Positions 22,749 to 32,200 of a stretch of DNA of 39,606 nt are shown here, piece by piece. Origin of the DNA: Pirellulales bacterium (GTDB taxonomy: Bacteria; Planctomycetota; Planctomycetia; Pirellulales; Lacipirellulaceae). How positions within the stretch are numbered: position 1 is the first letter of the stretch; the number at the start of each line of letters is the position of its first letter. The stretch covers positions 1-39,606 of the forward strand of contig JAICUM010000001.1 in the NCBI GenBank assembly GCA_025935855.1, given 5' to 3'. The translations under genes were made by a program, and so were the position numbers. The notes below the pieces were generated by a model that had not been told where the DNA came from, made no database searches, and worked only from the letters and a program-made list of their open reading frames with translations.

Positions 22749-24095
22749 ATGCGCAGCTCTTACCGCCAGCATCGTTGGGCGATGGCCTGCTTGATCGTCG
22801 CCGTCATTCAATTCATGACCAGCGGCGACCAGCTAGCGCGTGCCGACGAGGCCGCCAATACCGATCGCATTGCGGCGTTGGTCGAGCAGCTCAACGCCGA
22901 CGAAGCTGCTCAGCGTGACAAGGCAGAAAAGGAGCTCATCGAGCTCGGCCTGAAAGCCGGCCCCGAATCCGGCGACGCGTTCCTCGACAAGCTGCCCAAG
23001 CCGAATGACCAGATGCCGCAGGAAGTGCAGGCTCGGCTCGCGCGCGTGGCCAGCGAGGTTCGCTCGCGCATGGCCAAGAAGGCGATAGAAGCAACGCATG
23101 TGACGCTCGACATGAAGGACGCTCCGCTGACGGACGTGCTCAAGTCGATTGAAAAGCAAACCGGAAACAAGCTCGTCGATTACCGTGACCAATTCGGCCA
23201 GCAGGCGGGCGAGAAGAAGATCACCGTCAAAGTCGAGAACGAGCCGTTCTGGTCGGCGATGGACAAAGTGCTCGACGCGGCGCAAATGTCGCCCTACGCG
23301 TTTTCTGGCGAAGACACGCTCGCCTTGGTCGATCGTGAACCGGGCGTCCTAGCGCGATCCGGCAGAGCCGTTTACGCGGGTCCCTTCCGGTTGGAAGCAA
23401 CGAACGTCAATGCGCAGCGCGGCCTGCGGCGGCCTGAGCAAAGCAACCTGCGGCTGGAAATGGAAATTTCCTGGGAGCCGCGGCTTAAACCGATCGCGCT
23501 CACCCAGGAGGCGAAGGAGTTGAAAGCCATGTGCGACGACGGGCGCGAGGTTCCGCCGCCGTCGGAGGACGCTGTGTTCGACGTGGAAGTGGAAGCCAGC
23601 GCTCATGCGACGGAAGTCACCATCCCGCTGCAACTGCCGGCGCGGAGCTGCCAGAAGCTCAGTAGCGTCGCCGGGAAGCTAACAGCGCTTGTGCCGGGGC
23701 GAATCGCGGAGTTGAAGTGGGAGAAGCTCGCCGCCGCGAAGGATTCCACGCAGCAAGCCGGCGGAATCAGCGTCACGCTCGATCGGGTCGTGAAAAACCA
23801 GGCGCTATGGGAAGTTCACATGCGCGTGAAGATCAACGAAGCGGACGCCGGAGTCGAGTCGCACCGTAGCTGGATTTTCCAGAACCCGAATTATCTTGTG
23901 GATAAAAACGGCGAGAAGGTGGACATCGCCGGATCGGAAACCACCACTCAATCGGAAAAGGAAGCCGGCTTCGTTTACCTTTTCGAGCTGCCGGAAGGAC
24001 GGGACATCGGCGACTATTCCTGGGTGTATCGCACGCCCACGTCGATTGTTTCGATGCCAATTGAGTACAAGCTTCAGGATGTTGAGTTGCCTTAA
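22749..24095 (+). CDS. Secreted hypothetical protein (HEAT-like N-terminus, STN-like domain)
   Basis: ATG 22749 after GAGG; signal peptide; VTLDMKDAPLTDVLKSIEKQTG is STN-like. Confidence 0.75.
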   Translation: MRSSYRQHRWAMACLIVAVIQFMTSGDQLARADEAANTDRIAALVEQLNADEAAQRDKAEKELIELGLKAGPESGDAFLDKLPKPNDQMPQEVQARLARVASEVRSRMAKKAIEATHVTLDMKDAPLTDVLKSIEKQTGNKLVDYRDQFGQQAGEKKITVKVENEPFWSAMDKVLDAAQMSPYAFSGEDTLALVDREPGVLARSGRAVYAGPFRLEATNVNAQRGLRRPEQSNLRLEMEISWEPRLKPIALTQEAKELKAMCDDGREVPPPSEDAVFDVEVEASAHATEVTIPLQLPARSCQKLSSVAGKLTALVPGRIAELKWEKLAAAKDSTQQAGGISVTLDRVVKNQALWEVHMRVKINEADAGVESHRSWIFQNPNYLVDKNGEKVDIAGSETTTQSEKEAGFVYLFELPEGRDIGDYSWVYRTPTSIVSMPIEYKLQDVELP

Positions 24096-24100
24096 CTTCC

Positions 24101-24134
24101 GATAGCACGCGGATCGGGCGGATGCTCGCGGATT
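24101..24134. repeat. Half copy of the (GCGGAT)n inverted-repeat family
   Basis: GATAGCACGCGGATCGGGCGGATGCTCGCGGATT resembles the arms at 25682 and 32411/32527. Confidence 0.6.
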
Positions 24135-24708
24135 AGGCTTCGGGCGGTTTAAACAAGCCTGAAAGCTCGACGATTGGGCCGACAGACGCGTTGAGTTCCT
24201 CGATCCAGGTGTGTAATTCGAGCGGATCGGTGGGATCCAGGCGGAGCAGATTCTCGACCACTTCGAGCGCCAACTCACGCTTGCCGAGTTCCGCCAGGCA
24301 CCAGGCGAGGCCGCGGCCGGCGTCGTAGAAGGGCCGATTTGCGGGATGCAGGGCAGGCAGCGGCGTGGGATTGCCGACACGTTTTAGGGCTTGCGCCCCC
24401 AGTTGATAGCCGGCGCCGAAATGGCCTCGGCCGAGCGGAATGTCGTTAGCGGCTTCGACGGCGAGTTTGCCGAGTAGATAATGCGCCTCAATATTGTCGA
24501 TGCAGGTTTCGAGGAGCCAGCGCAATTCGTCGATGGCGACGTCGCTCTCGCCGGCGGCAATCATTTCGCGAACTTCGTCCAAGTCCTCCGCGGTTTCGCG
24601 AACGCACGGCGGATGTACGAGGATCCAGCCGCCGCCGCCGCGCGCACGTTCGACCGACACGCCTTTGGGCGGTCGCGATGTGCGGCGAGAAGGTCGTTTC
24701 TTGGCCAT
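24133..24708 (-). CDS. Hypothetical TPR-like protein
   Basis: AIDELRWLLETCIDNIEAHYLLGKL and LAWCLAELGKRELALEVVENLLRLDP are TPR-like helices. Confidence 0.75.
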   Translation of the reverse strand: MAKKRPSRRTSRPPKGVSVERARGGGGWILVHPPCVRETAEDLDEVREMIAAGESDVAIDELRWLLETCIDNIEAHYLLGKLAVEAANDIPLGRGHFGAGYQLGAQALKRVGNPTPLPALHPANRPFYDAGRGLAWCLAELGKRELALEVVENLLRLDPTDPLELHTWIEELNASVGPIVELSGLFKPPEA

Positions 24709-24736
24709 CGCACGATTTGAACTTGATCGCCAAAAC

Positions 24737-24762
24737 AGCCCCGACCTAGCTAGGTCGGGGCT
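24737..24762. repeat. Perfect 26-bp loop-less palindrome (copy 1)
   Basis: AGCCCCGACCTAG|CTAGGTCGGGGCT. Confidence 0.85.
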
Positions 24763-24795
24763 AGTCGCGCGGCGGAGCTTGACGCGAACGATATG

Positions 24796-25659
24796 CTATA
24801 GCTCTTTGGCCAGCGCGTAGATTTCTTCGGCGTCGAGCACGAGGTTATTCGCGGTGAAGAGCTTCGCCAGCGCCGCCTTGTGAGTTTTCATCTTCGTACC
24901 GCCGACGCCAAGGGCGCCGTAGCAGACGATGTCGCCGCGCTTCACCGCCTTGTCGGTCGGCTCCAGGTCGCCAAGCCCGAGCGGCGGCACGGCGTTCACG
25001 TCGATAGCCACTTGCAGTCCGGTCGCCTGGCTTAAAAAGCCCTTCGGCAGCATTTCAACGCCCGGCGGGCCACAGCTGATGACCGCCTGCACGCCCTCGA
25101 CGGCCGCTGCGGTTGTCGCCGCGGTGTCGTTCGCCCACGCCGAGCACTGTGCCCCTGGCACGGCCGTGCTCACTTTATCGCAAGTCCCCTCGGCATGGAC
25201 GAGCCGCCGCGAACCGACTCGCACCCGGGCGCCTTCGCTCGCCAAAAGTTGTGCCACCCGCCGACCCACGGCGCCGGTGCCCGCGAGCACGGTCACGATC
25301 GCGCCGTGCAGCACCATGTGCCGCCGCGCCGCGAGCACGGCGGCCGCGGCGGTCGTGTTGGCGCCGTTCGAATCGAGCATCACTGAGACGCGCATGGGGC
25401 CGAAAAAGGCGTCGGTCGCCGCTTTCAGGAGGGCCTCGCCGGCCGTCGCATCCGAGCCGCCGATGAAGATCGCCGTATTCTTCAGCTCGGTCGGCCCACG
25501 AGTGAACATCGCCCCATACACCAAATCGCGCACGTCCTGCGGCCGCACGCCGCCGTGCCGAAAGAGGTGATCAACGCCCGCATCCACCGCCACCACGCCG
25601 TCGAAGACGCTGGGCTGTGGATCGCTGTCGAGGCAAACGAGGATTTTGGAAAGCGGCAT
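24796..25659 (-). CDS. mtdC: Methylene-tetrahydromethanopterin dehydrogenase (MtdA/B/C family; planctomycete type is MtdC)
   Basis: PSVFDGVVAVDAG, GAMFTRG, FIGGSD, DSNGANTTAAAAV, GTGAVG, DVNAVPPLG, GALGVGGTKMK; adjacent to fae. The subtype is inferred from lineage. Confidence 0.88.
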   Translation of the reverse strand: MPLSKILVCLDSDPQPSVFDGVVAVDAGVDHLFRHGGVRPQDVRDLVYGAMFTRGPTELKNTAIFIGGSDATAGEALLKAATDAFFGPMRVSVMLDSNGANTTAAAAVLAARRHMVLHGAIVTVLAGTGAVGRRVAQLLASEGARVRVGSRRLVHAEGTCDKVSTAVPGAQCSAWANDTAATTAAAVEGVQAVISCGPPGVEMLPKGFLSQATGLQVAIDVNAVPPLGLGDLEPTDKAVKRGDIVCYGALGVGGTKMKTHKAALAKLFTANNLVLDAEEIYALAKEL

Positions 25660-25681
25660 GCGTCAAGAATTGGAGAATGAA

Positions 25682-25852
25682 AATCGCACGCAGATGAACG
25701 CGGATTTGGCGGATTCACGCGGAAAGGCAAATTATTTTAATCCACTCCTTGCGGTGCGACATGGGAGCGCTCCCCTAGCGGGTCGCGGCTAAACTTATTC
25801 TCGTGTCTGATCCGCGACGATCCGCCGAATCCGCGTTCATCTGCGTGCGATT
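25682..25852. repeat. MITE-like element with 42-bp terminal inverted repeats, (GCGGAT)n family
   Basis: Left arm 25682-25723 AATCGCACGCAGATGAACGCGGATTTGGCGGATTCACGCGGA is complementary to right arm 25811-25852 with few mismatches. Confidence 0.85.
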
Positions 25853-25861
25853 CCCAGGCGC

Positions 25862-25896
25862 AAAAAGCCACGCGCCGACCATAAGCGACGCGTGGC
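25862..25896 (-). terminator. Intrinsic terminator downstream of fae
   Basis: Minus strand GCCACGCGTCG-loop-CGGCGCGTGGC-TTTTT. Confidence 0.7.
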
Positions 25897-25913
25897 CAGA
25901 TTGAACCAAACAC

Positions 25914-25941
25914 CACTGTCCCCTGACGACTGGCCACTGGC
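25914..25941. repeat. Degenerate heptamer tandem array
   Basis: CACTGTC CCCTGAC GACTGGC CACTGGC. Confidence 0.6.
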
Positions 25942-25949
25942 CCTATTCA

Positions 25950-26447
25950 CTAAAACCCGCGGAATGGATGCGCCGCGGCGTCCTTTCCGGCGACCATTTC
26001 ATCGACCGTCGGCTTGCCCGTCATGGCGTTCTTCACGGCCATCTTGGTCGCTTGGTAGTTGTAGTCGTAAATTTTCTTGTCGTCGGCGGCCTGCCAGTGG
26101 ATAAACACGCCGCAGACGCACACGAGGTTCTCCGCGTCGCCCTTCTTGATCACCCCCTCGGCCACCGAGTCGGCCATCGCCTTGGCGACCGCCGCCTGGG
26201 CCGGACCGAACATCTGCACGGCTTGTTTGGCGCCTTTGATGGTGACCTTGGTGATCATCACGGTGGCGGGCTTCACCGCCAGATTCGGCGTCAGCACCGC
26301 CAGCAGGTTCGAGTGGCCTTCGCTCTGTCGGGCCAACGCGTTGGCGAAGGCGTGGCCCACGGGGCCGTCCTTGTCGCCAATCAACAAGTCGATGTGGGCG
26401 ATTTCATTGCCGTCGCCGGCCAGCGCTTCTCCAATGAACATGGACAT
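25950..26447 (-). CDS. fae: Formaldehyde-activating enzyme
   Basis: IGEALAGDGNEIAHIDLLIG, KPATVMITKVTIK, QMFGPAQAAVAKA, VFIHW, YNYQATK, HPFRGF. Confidence 0.96.
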   Translation of the reverse strand: MSMFIGEALAGDGNEIAHIDLLIGDKDGPVGHAFANALARQSEGHSNLLAVLTPNLAVKPATVMITKVTIKGAKQAVQMFGPAQAAVAKAMADSVAEGVIKKGDAENLVCVCGVFIHWQAADDKKIYDYNYQATKMAVKNAMTGKPTVDEMVAGKDAAAHPFRGF

Positions 26448-26714
26448 GGTCGAGTTTTCTCCTAAGCGAAAAACAGTGGGTATGCGGCGAGCCGGATCGA
26501 GTCGGCCAGGTTAAGCCAATCGTCCAAGTGAAGTCGGCTCTCGACCGGCGGGCAAATAGGCCCTTCGCCGCTGCGGCGGCGAGCCTAGCAAGATAACCGC
26601 GACCAAGCCTCGCCTTCAAGAACCTGCCCGGCTCGGACGCCTGCGCCGAGCCATTTTGGAACACGAACGCCATAAAAATGGCGGCAGACCTCGCGGCACG
26701 GATCCAGTGCAAAT

Positions 26715-26744
26715 TTGACAACGGCGACGGGCTTGTCAGATACT
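26715..26744 (+). promoter_or_regulatory. Putative sigma70 promoter for the first DUF1559 gene with overlapping inverted repeat
   Basis: TTGACA-N18-GATACT; TGACAA-N11-TTGTCA dyad. Confidence 0.4.
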
Positions 26745-26836
26745 GCAAGCATCTGCCTCGCCGGACAAGCTGCTTGAGGCCAGCTTGCCTGGGCAGCGTT
26801 TCTTCTTCACTCCACTCGGAACAGGGGAGCACGCAG

Positions 26837-27877
26837 ATGAGCAAAAGCAGCGGTCAAGGCGGTTTCACTCTTGTTGAGCTGTTGGTCGTGATCGCGATCA
26901 TCGGCACTCTGATGGGCCTACTGTTGCCGGCCGTGCAAAACGCGCGCGAATCATCTCGATCCAACGCGTGCCGCTCCAATTTGACCAACCTGCAACGTGC
27001 GATGACTTCCTACGAAGTGGCCAATAAGGAGTTCCCGGGGTACGTGAATCCGGTCGGCATCGCCAGCGGCGTTAAAGCCAGTTGGGGCGCCATGTTACTC
27101 CCGTTCATCGAGCAGCAGCAACTTTGGGACAAGTTCGTAGCGGGCAAACCGGGCGCCGCGGCCGCGATTCAGATCTACGTTTGCCCCAGCAACCCTCCAC
27201 AGTACGAGGGTGGTCCGGCGATGTCGTATCTCGCGAACGCGGGCTGGTTCCAGCAAGAAAAGATCGACGATGAGAATGACGACTGCTCGCCCAAGGAAAA
27301 CCCCGCCGATGGATTGTTCTTCGACAAAACGCGTTCTGCGACTGACGTCGGCCCGCCAGACGTCCGTGATCTGAAGCCCGATTGCCATCAGGAAGAATCG
27401 GATCCCGTGGTCAAGATGACCTTCGCCACGGTGCAAGCCAAGGGCGATGGATCCACCAACACGCTGATGTTCGCCGAAGGAATCAATGCCGGCGTCTGGA
27501 CCGGAATCTCGACTCCCGACAAGAAATGGCACTATGGCTTTTGCTGGGAACAGCCCGACATCGTGGCCCAGGCACTGTCCAACGGGGTGAGCAGCCCGCA
27601 GCTGGTCTCCGACGCGCAATACCGTCTGGTTGACGGCGTGCGCGAGATCTTGCCGGAATACAAAGGCGACAAAGCGCCCAATACGGGCATTGCGTCCAGC
27701 TTCCATTCCGCCGGCGTCAACGTGGCGTTTGTGGGCGGCCAGGTTCTCTTTATCAGCGACCGGATCAATCCCCTGGTGTGGGCCCAGCTGATGACCACAA
27801 ACTACAAGCTGTCCGATCTTAAGCTCCACGGAAAGTACGATCGCGATTTGCCGCAGCCGGACGCGGACGACTATTAA
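26837..27877 (+). CDS. DUF1559 prepilin-type N-terminal cleavage/methylation protein
   Basis: ATG 26837 after GGGGAG; G|[25 protein letters not shown]; CPSN; DGSTNT; C-terminal H-X9-GG. Confidence 0.92.
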   Translation: MSKSSGQGGFTLVELLVVIAIIGTLMGLLLPAVQNARESSRSNACRSNLTNLQRAMTSYEVANKEFPGYVNPVGIASGVKASWGAMLLPFIEQQQLWDKFVAGKPGAAAAIQIYVCPSNPPQYEGGPAMSYLANAGWFQQEKIDDENDDCSPKENPADGLFFDKTRSATDVGPPDVRDLKPDCHQEESDPVVKMTFATVQAKGDGSTNTLMFAEGINAGVWTGISTPDKKWHYGFCWEQPDIVAQALSNGVSSPQLVSDAQYRLVDGVREILPEYKGDKAPNTGIASSFHSAGVNVAFVGGQVLFISDRINPLVWAQLMTTNYKLSDLKLHGKYDRDLPQPDADDY

Positions 27878-27922
27878 GGAAGCGTAGGAAGTTGCGTAAA
27901 CCATCGCTTTGGCCGACTTTGC

Positions 27923-27951
27923 TGGACAAACCCCGGCCGGTTTGCGACAAT
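27923..27951 (+). promoter_or_regulatory. Putative sigma70 promoter for the second DUF1559 gene
   Basis: TGGACA-N17-GACAAT with an internal CAAACC...GGTTTG dyad. Confidence 0.35.
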
Positions 27952-28071
27952 TTAGCGTGTGGAGTCGCGCCGCCAGGCAAGCCCTAATTTTCCGCGATCA
28001 TCTCGGCAAGGCGCGACGCCGGAGCTTTAGGGGGCGCTCGTCACCGCTGGAAACAGAGAGGCACTAGTACC

Positions 28072-29172
28072 ATGAGGTCATCTAATCGCAAGGCGTTCAC
28101 CCTGGTCGAGCTGCTCGTGGTGATCGCTATCATCGGCACGCTGGTGGCCCTCCTGCTGCCCGCCGTGCAATCCGCACGTGAGGCGGCCCGCCGAAATACT
28201 TGCTCGAACGATCTGAAGCAGATGGCCACGGCCCTGACCATGCGCGAAGGTTCGACGAAGGATTTGCCGGGCTACATCAACGTGCTGGGCATTAAGGGCA
28301 CCCCGAATCAGGTTCGCGCCACTTGGGTAGTCACGACGTTCCCGTACATCGAGCAGCAGCAGATCTTCGATCAGTGGAATAATGGCGGCGTCGTTGGGGC
28401 CAGCGGCCTTGTGAATCCAACGACGGGTTACGCGGCGATTGAGATTCTGGTGTGCCCGAGCAACCCGCCGGTCACGCTAGGCCAGCCGTCCCTCTCGTAT
28501 GTCGCGAATGCCGGTTACCGCAACGCAGCATTTCGTGCGGCCAAGGGTTCTACCGATCGAACCGCCTATGAAAACGCGGCCAACGGCCTGTTTTTTGATC
28601 GGACGCGGCTGGCAAACGTGAGTCCGAGCGTTGTCTGGAACAGCACGACCGATACCCGCGACAGCAATCCGCCTGCTCCCGAAGTGGTCATGACTCTCGC
28701 CTACGTCCAAAGCAAGGGCGATGGCACGACCAACACGATGATGCTGACCGAAAGCCTGGCGGCGCTGACCTGGGAATATCAGGGGACCGACTACACCAAC
28801 ACGCCCGACTTGAGCGCCCACTTCGGCTTCAATTGGGTGCAGCCCACGCAAGTTGCTAGTGACACGCGACTCCGCGTCAACGGCGTCAAGTCCAATCCGC
28901 AATACAGCACGTTCTCGGACATGACAAACGAGTTCAAAACCCCGACGACCACTGATCCGCCAAACCCGGTTCCGGGTATGCCGTCGAGCTACCATCCCGG
29001 CGGTGTTAACGCGAGCTTCTTGGACAGTCGCGTGGTGCTGATCAGCGACCAGATCGACCCGGTGGTGTATGCCCAACTGATGACGTCAAATCATAAGCAA
29101 TCTGATTTGATGATCAACAACGTCTACGAATCGAACGCGACTATCGCGCAGCCGAGCAGCGATTCGTACTAA
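28072..29172 (+). CDS. DUF1559 prepilin-type protein (tandem paralog)
   Basis: A|[29 protein letters not shown]; CPSN; DGTTNT; H-X9-DS. Confidence 0.92.
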   Translation: MRSSNRKAFTLVELLVVIAIIGTLVALLLPAVQSAREAARRNTCSNDLKQMATALTMREGSTKDLPGYINVLGIKGTPNQVRATWVVTTFPYIEQQQIFDQWNNGGVVGASGLVNPTTGYAAIEILVCPSNPPVTLGQPSLSYVANAGYRNAAFRAAKGSTDRTAYENAANGLFFDRTRLANVSPSVVWNSTTDTRDSNPPAPEVVMTLAYVQSKGDGTTNTMMLTESLAALTWEYQGTDYTNTPDLSAHFGFNWVQPTQVASDTRLRVNGVKSNPQYSTFSDMTNEFKTPTTTDPPNPVPGMPSSYHPGGVNASFLDSRVVLISDQIDPVVYAQLMTSNHKQSDLMINNVYESNATIAQPSSDSY

Positions 29173-29193
29173 GCCATCTCGTGGCAAGTAGTG

Positions 29194-29226
29194 AAAAAAG
29201 GGACGCCAACACGGCATCCCTTTTTT
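29194..29226. terminator. Bidirectional intrinsic terminator
   Basis: AAAAAA-GGGACGCC-AACAC-GGCATCCC-TTTTTT between convergent genes. Confidence 0.8.
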
Positions 29227-29249
29227 ATTCCCAGCCTGCACCACCTCTA

Positions 29250-29375
29250 CTAGCCGGCGGGCCACGTCCACCGGGAAGCGGCGGCTAAGTAGGAGTCTCT
29301 CGTCAGATTGGTGGACGGACAGAAGGTATTAGCCGGTCAGCTCGCCATTCCCGGCGGGCGTGGCCCGCCGGCTAG
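29250..29375. repeat. Inverted REP-like doublet, CTAG head / CAC loop family (copy 2)
   Basis: CTAG-CCGGCGGGC-CAC-GTCCACCGG-GA (29250-29276) and inverted CTAG-CCGGCGGGC-CAC-GCCCGCCGG-GA (29375-29349). Confidence 0.8.
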
Positions 29376-29434
29376 TTGATGTCAAGCGTGCTTAACGAAT
29401 GCGCTGCTGACTTGACGTCGGTTCCAAGTAGCGG

Positions 29435-30343
29435 CTACTTCGCCGCCGCGGCCGGGTTCGTTGCCTCAGCCGGAGGAGCCGCCGGCGCGGAACCCGCCGG
29501 TATCGCCGTCGTCGGGCTGGCAGCCGGATTGGCCGGAGGGGCCACTGGCGCCTCGCCGCCCGCTGCCGGCTCATTCAACGGTTGCGCGGCTACGGGCACG
29601 GCTGCGGACGCACCTGCGTCGGGCGGGGTCGTCTCTGGATTCTCTTTCGCCGTCGCCTTGTACTTATCCGGGAACAGCGTTTCATTGATGTGCGGCAACA
29701 TGACCTTGGCGAATGCCAACGCCGCATTGTCGGCCATCGGCTCGTCGTGATCCTTCATCATCGCCGAGAAGTACATCTTGTAGAGCTTCGGATTATTGCC
29801 GTAGTGCAGCCGGGCGCTGTCCGGCGCGTCCCACTGGTACTCGTCTTTGGTGTTGGGGTTCCAGGCCCAAAACACGCGTTGGTTCTTCGGACCCGCGATT
29901 CCAGTCAGATCGACCTCGGTGCGAAATCGGGCCGTGTAGAACGTCGCGACCGGTTCGCCAGGAATCTCAATTGGCTGCTTTAGCGGTGTGGGGTCATCCT
30001 GTCCCATGCCGTGGGCCGGATAACAGATGTCCGGCGTGTGGCGGACGATATCCCGCGAATGGCCGACGATCAGCCACAAATCCACCACCGTGCCATTCTG
30101 CGTGTTGCGGTAAGTCCGCGACACATAGTTCACGGCGCCCGCCACTTGCAAGGTCTTGTCATCCACCGGCTTGTCCGTGCCCACCCAGGGGCCGACTTCC
30201 TTCGGTAGTCCCTTAAACTGGGCGTCAAATTCCTCGGCGGTGACCGCCGAAGTGTTGAAGCGATCGGAGAACTTCGCTTCCAGGGCGGTGAACGCGGCGA
30301 TCAGCACCACCGTGACGGCGGCGGGAACGTAGAGACGGACCAT
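29435..30343 (-). CDS. Exosortase-associated EpsI-family protein with Pro/Ala-rich tail
   Basis: ATG 30343; N-terminal TM; LPKEVGPWVG; YVSRTYRN; HTPDICYPAHG; RVFWAW. Confidence 0.75.
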   Translation of the reverse strand: MVRLYVPAAVTVVLIAAFTALEAKFSDRFNTSAVTAEEFDAQFKGLPKEVGPWVGTDKPVDDKTLQVAGAVNYVSRTYRNTQNGTVVDLWLIVGHSRDIVRHTPDICYPAHGMGQDDPTPLKQPIEIPGEPVATFYTARFRTEVDLTGIAGPKNQRVFWAWNPNTKDEYQWDAPDSARLHYGNNPKLYKMYFSAMMKDHDEPMADNAALAFAKVMLPHINETLFPDKYKATAKENPETTPPDAGASAAVPVAAQPLNEPAAGGEAPVAPPANPAASPTTAIPAGSAPAAPPAEATNPAAAAK

Positions 30344-30542
30344 GGTTGCCAAGGGGGTGAAAGGTAGCGGCGCAAGCACGGAACGGGGCGCCGGAAGAGG
30401 CCGACAGAGCGGCGATCTCACTTCACGGTAGGCGCGCTCGGGCGGGGTGTCAAGGAACACGAGCGAGCCTGCCGGCACAGGCCATATAGGCGGAATAGTC
30501 GGCCCCAGACACGGACGACGCCAGCCGGTGAGCGATCGAGGC

Positions 30543-31922
30543 CTAGCGCTCAGCAAACTCGTGGTCTTCGAGGCCCAGCCGTTTCATCTTCTTGTAGAGC
30601 GTTGTGCGGTTCACGCCCAGGGCGTCGGCCGTGGCGTTGCGGTTCCAGGCGTGGGCTTCGAGCACTTCCAGAATGATTTGCCGCTCCGGCTCTTCGAGGG
30701 CTTCCTTGAGCGTGCGATGGCCGCCGCGGGTCGCCCGCACGCCGCCGCCGCTGAGGAGCTCGCGCGGCAGATCGCTGGGCGCGATCAGCTCGGCCTTCCC
30801 CAATAGCACGGCCCGCTCGACGACGTTCTGCAGCTCGCGGATATTGCCCGGCCAGGCGTACGCTTCCAGGGCCGCGATGGCCTCGTCCGTGAAGCCCGTG
30901 ACCTTGCGGTTCGTGTCTTCGCGCAACTCGTTCAAAAATGACTGTGCCAGCAGCGGAATGTCGCTCCGCCGAGAGCGTAGCGGCGGCAGCTCAATGTTGA
31001 TGACGTTGATCCGGTAGTACAAATCCTGGCGGAATCGCCCCGCCGCCACCGCCTGGCTGAGGTCCTCATTCGTGGCGAGGATTACGCGCACGTCGACTTT
31101 GAACGTCTTGTTGCCGCCGACTTGCTCGAACTGCAGCTCCTGGAGCACGCGGAGCAGCTTCACCTGCATCGCCGGGCTGGCGGTGCCGATTTCGTCAAGG
31201 AAGATCGTGCCGCCGTCCGCCTGCATGAACTTGCCCGTCTTGTTGCCAGTGGCGCCGGTGAAGGCGCCGGCCACGTGGCCGAACAGCTCGCTTTCCAGCA
31301 AATTCTCGGGCAGGGCGCCACACGCGACTTCGATAAACGGCTTGCCGCTGCGGCGGCTGCGGCGATGGATGGCGCGGGCGATCATGCTCTTGCCCGTGCC
31401 ACTTTCGCCGGTGACCAGCACCGTGGACCTGGTATCAGCGACGCTGTCGATGACTTCGAAAACGCGCCGCATTTGCGGGTCGTGGCCGACGATGTTATCG
31501 ACGCCGGTGCGCTTATCGAGCTCGCGGCGAAGCTGGGTATTTTCCTCCAGCATTTGCCGCTGTGTGAAGGCGCGCTGAATCGACATCAGCAATTCGTCGT
31601 CGATGAGCGGCTTGGTGAGGTAATCCAGGGCGCCGGCGCGCAAGGCTTCGACGGCGCCGTCAGGGTCGCCGTAGCCCGTGATGAGTATCACCTGGCTCTC
31701 AGGATGCTTGCGGCGAACTTGCTCTAACAGGTCGAAGCCGTCGCCGTCCTGGAGGCGAATGTCGACCAAGAGCAGGTCATACGACTTGCGGGTCAGCCGC
31801 TCGTTGGCCTCGGCGACGCCGCGGACCGCATCTACCTGGAAGCCCTGGCTGCGGAGCCAATCGGCCATCGATTCGAGAACCTGCCGATCGTCGTCAACCA
31901 GCAGCAGCGAACCCTGAAGCAT
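30543..31922 (-). CDS. Sigma-54-dependent response regulator (NtrC family)
   Basis: REC domain (LLVDDD, D-phosphoacceptor VDIRL, YLTKP); GESGTGKS; ESELFGH; GAFTGA; FLDEIG; WPGNIRELQN; Fis HTH (ALGVNRTTLYKKM). Confidence 0.94.
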   Translation of the reverse strand: MLQGSLLLVDDDRQVLESMADWLRSQGFQVDAVRGVAEANERLTRKSYDLLLVDIRLQDGDGFDLLEQVRRKHPESQVILITGYGDPDGAVEALRAGALDYLTKPLIDDELLMSIQRAFTQRQMLEENTQLRRELDKRTGVDNIVGHDPQMRRVFEVIDSVADTRSTVLVTGESGTGKSMIARAIHRRSRRSGKPFIEVACGALPENLLESELFGHVAGAFTGATGNKTGKFMQADGGTIFLDEIGTASPAMQVKLLRVLQELQFEQVGGNKTFKVDVRVILATNEDLSQAVAAGRFRQDLYYRINVINIELPPLRSRRSDIPLLAQSFLNELREDTNRKVTGFTDEAIAALEAYAWPGNIRELQNVVERAVLLGKAELIAPSDLPRELLSGGGVRATRGGHRTLKEALEEPERQIILEVLEAHAWNRNATADALGVNRTTLYKKMKRLGLEDHEFAER

Positions 31923-32148
31923 CTCAATTCTCCCCATCCGGGTAACCAAAAGCACGCACAAGCCCAAGCGTTTTTGCCGGCGAGGTTCGCTTCAGCGAAC
32001 CGGGCCGCGGCGGTGGGGAGAATTCGCCATAGGCTGTTGAATTATTTACGTCGCAGGATGCGGCCGGTCAACGAAACCGCTAGCCCGGCACACCATAAAG
32101 TTCCACTGGTAACGATTGCGCCAAATGGTACGACCCATCGCGCCGCAT

Positions 32149-32174
32149 AGCCTCGACCTAGCTAGGTCGGGGCT
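32149..32174. repeat. 26-bp palindrome (copy 2, one mismatch)
   Basis: AGCCTCGACCTAGCTAGGTCGGGGCT, 25/26 identical to 24737-24762. Confidence 0.85.
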
Positions 32175-32200
32175 GGTGAAAGCCACCATCAGTTTCACAG

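Noticed and set aside
24796-26447. Evidence for methylotrophy or a novel C1 pathway
   Set aside because: fae and mtd are well known in non-methylotrophic planctomycetes, and no primary C1 oxidation gene is in the window.
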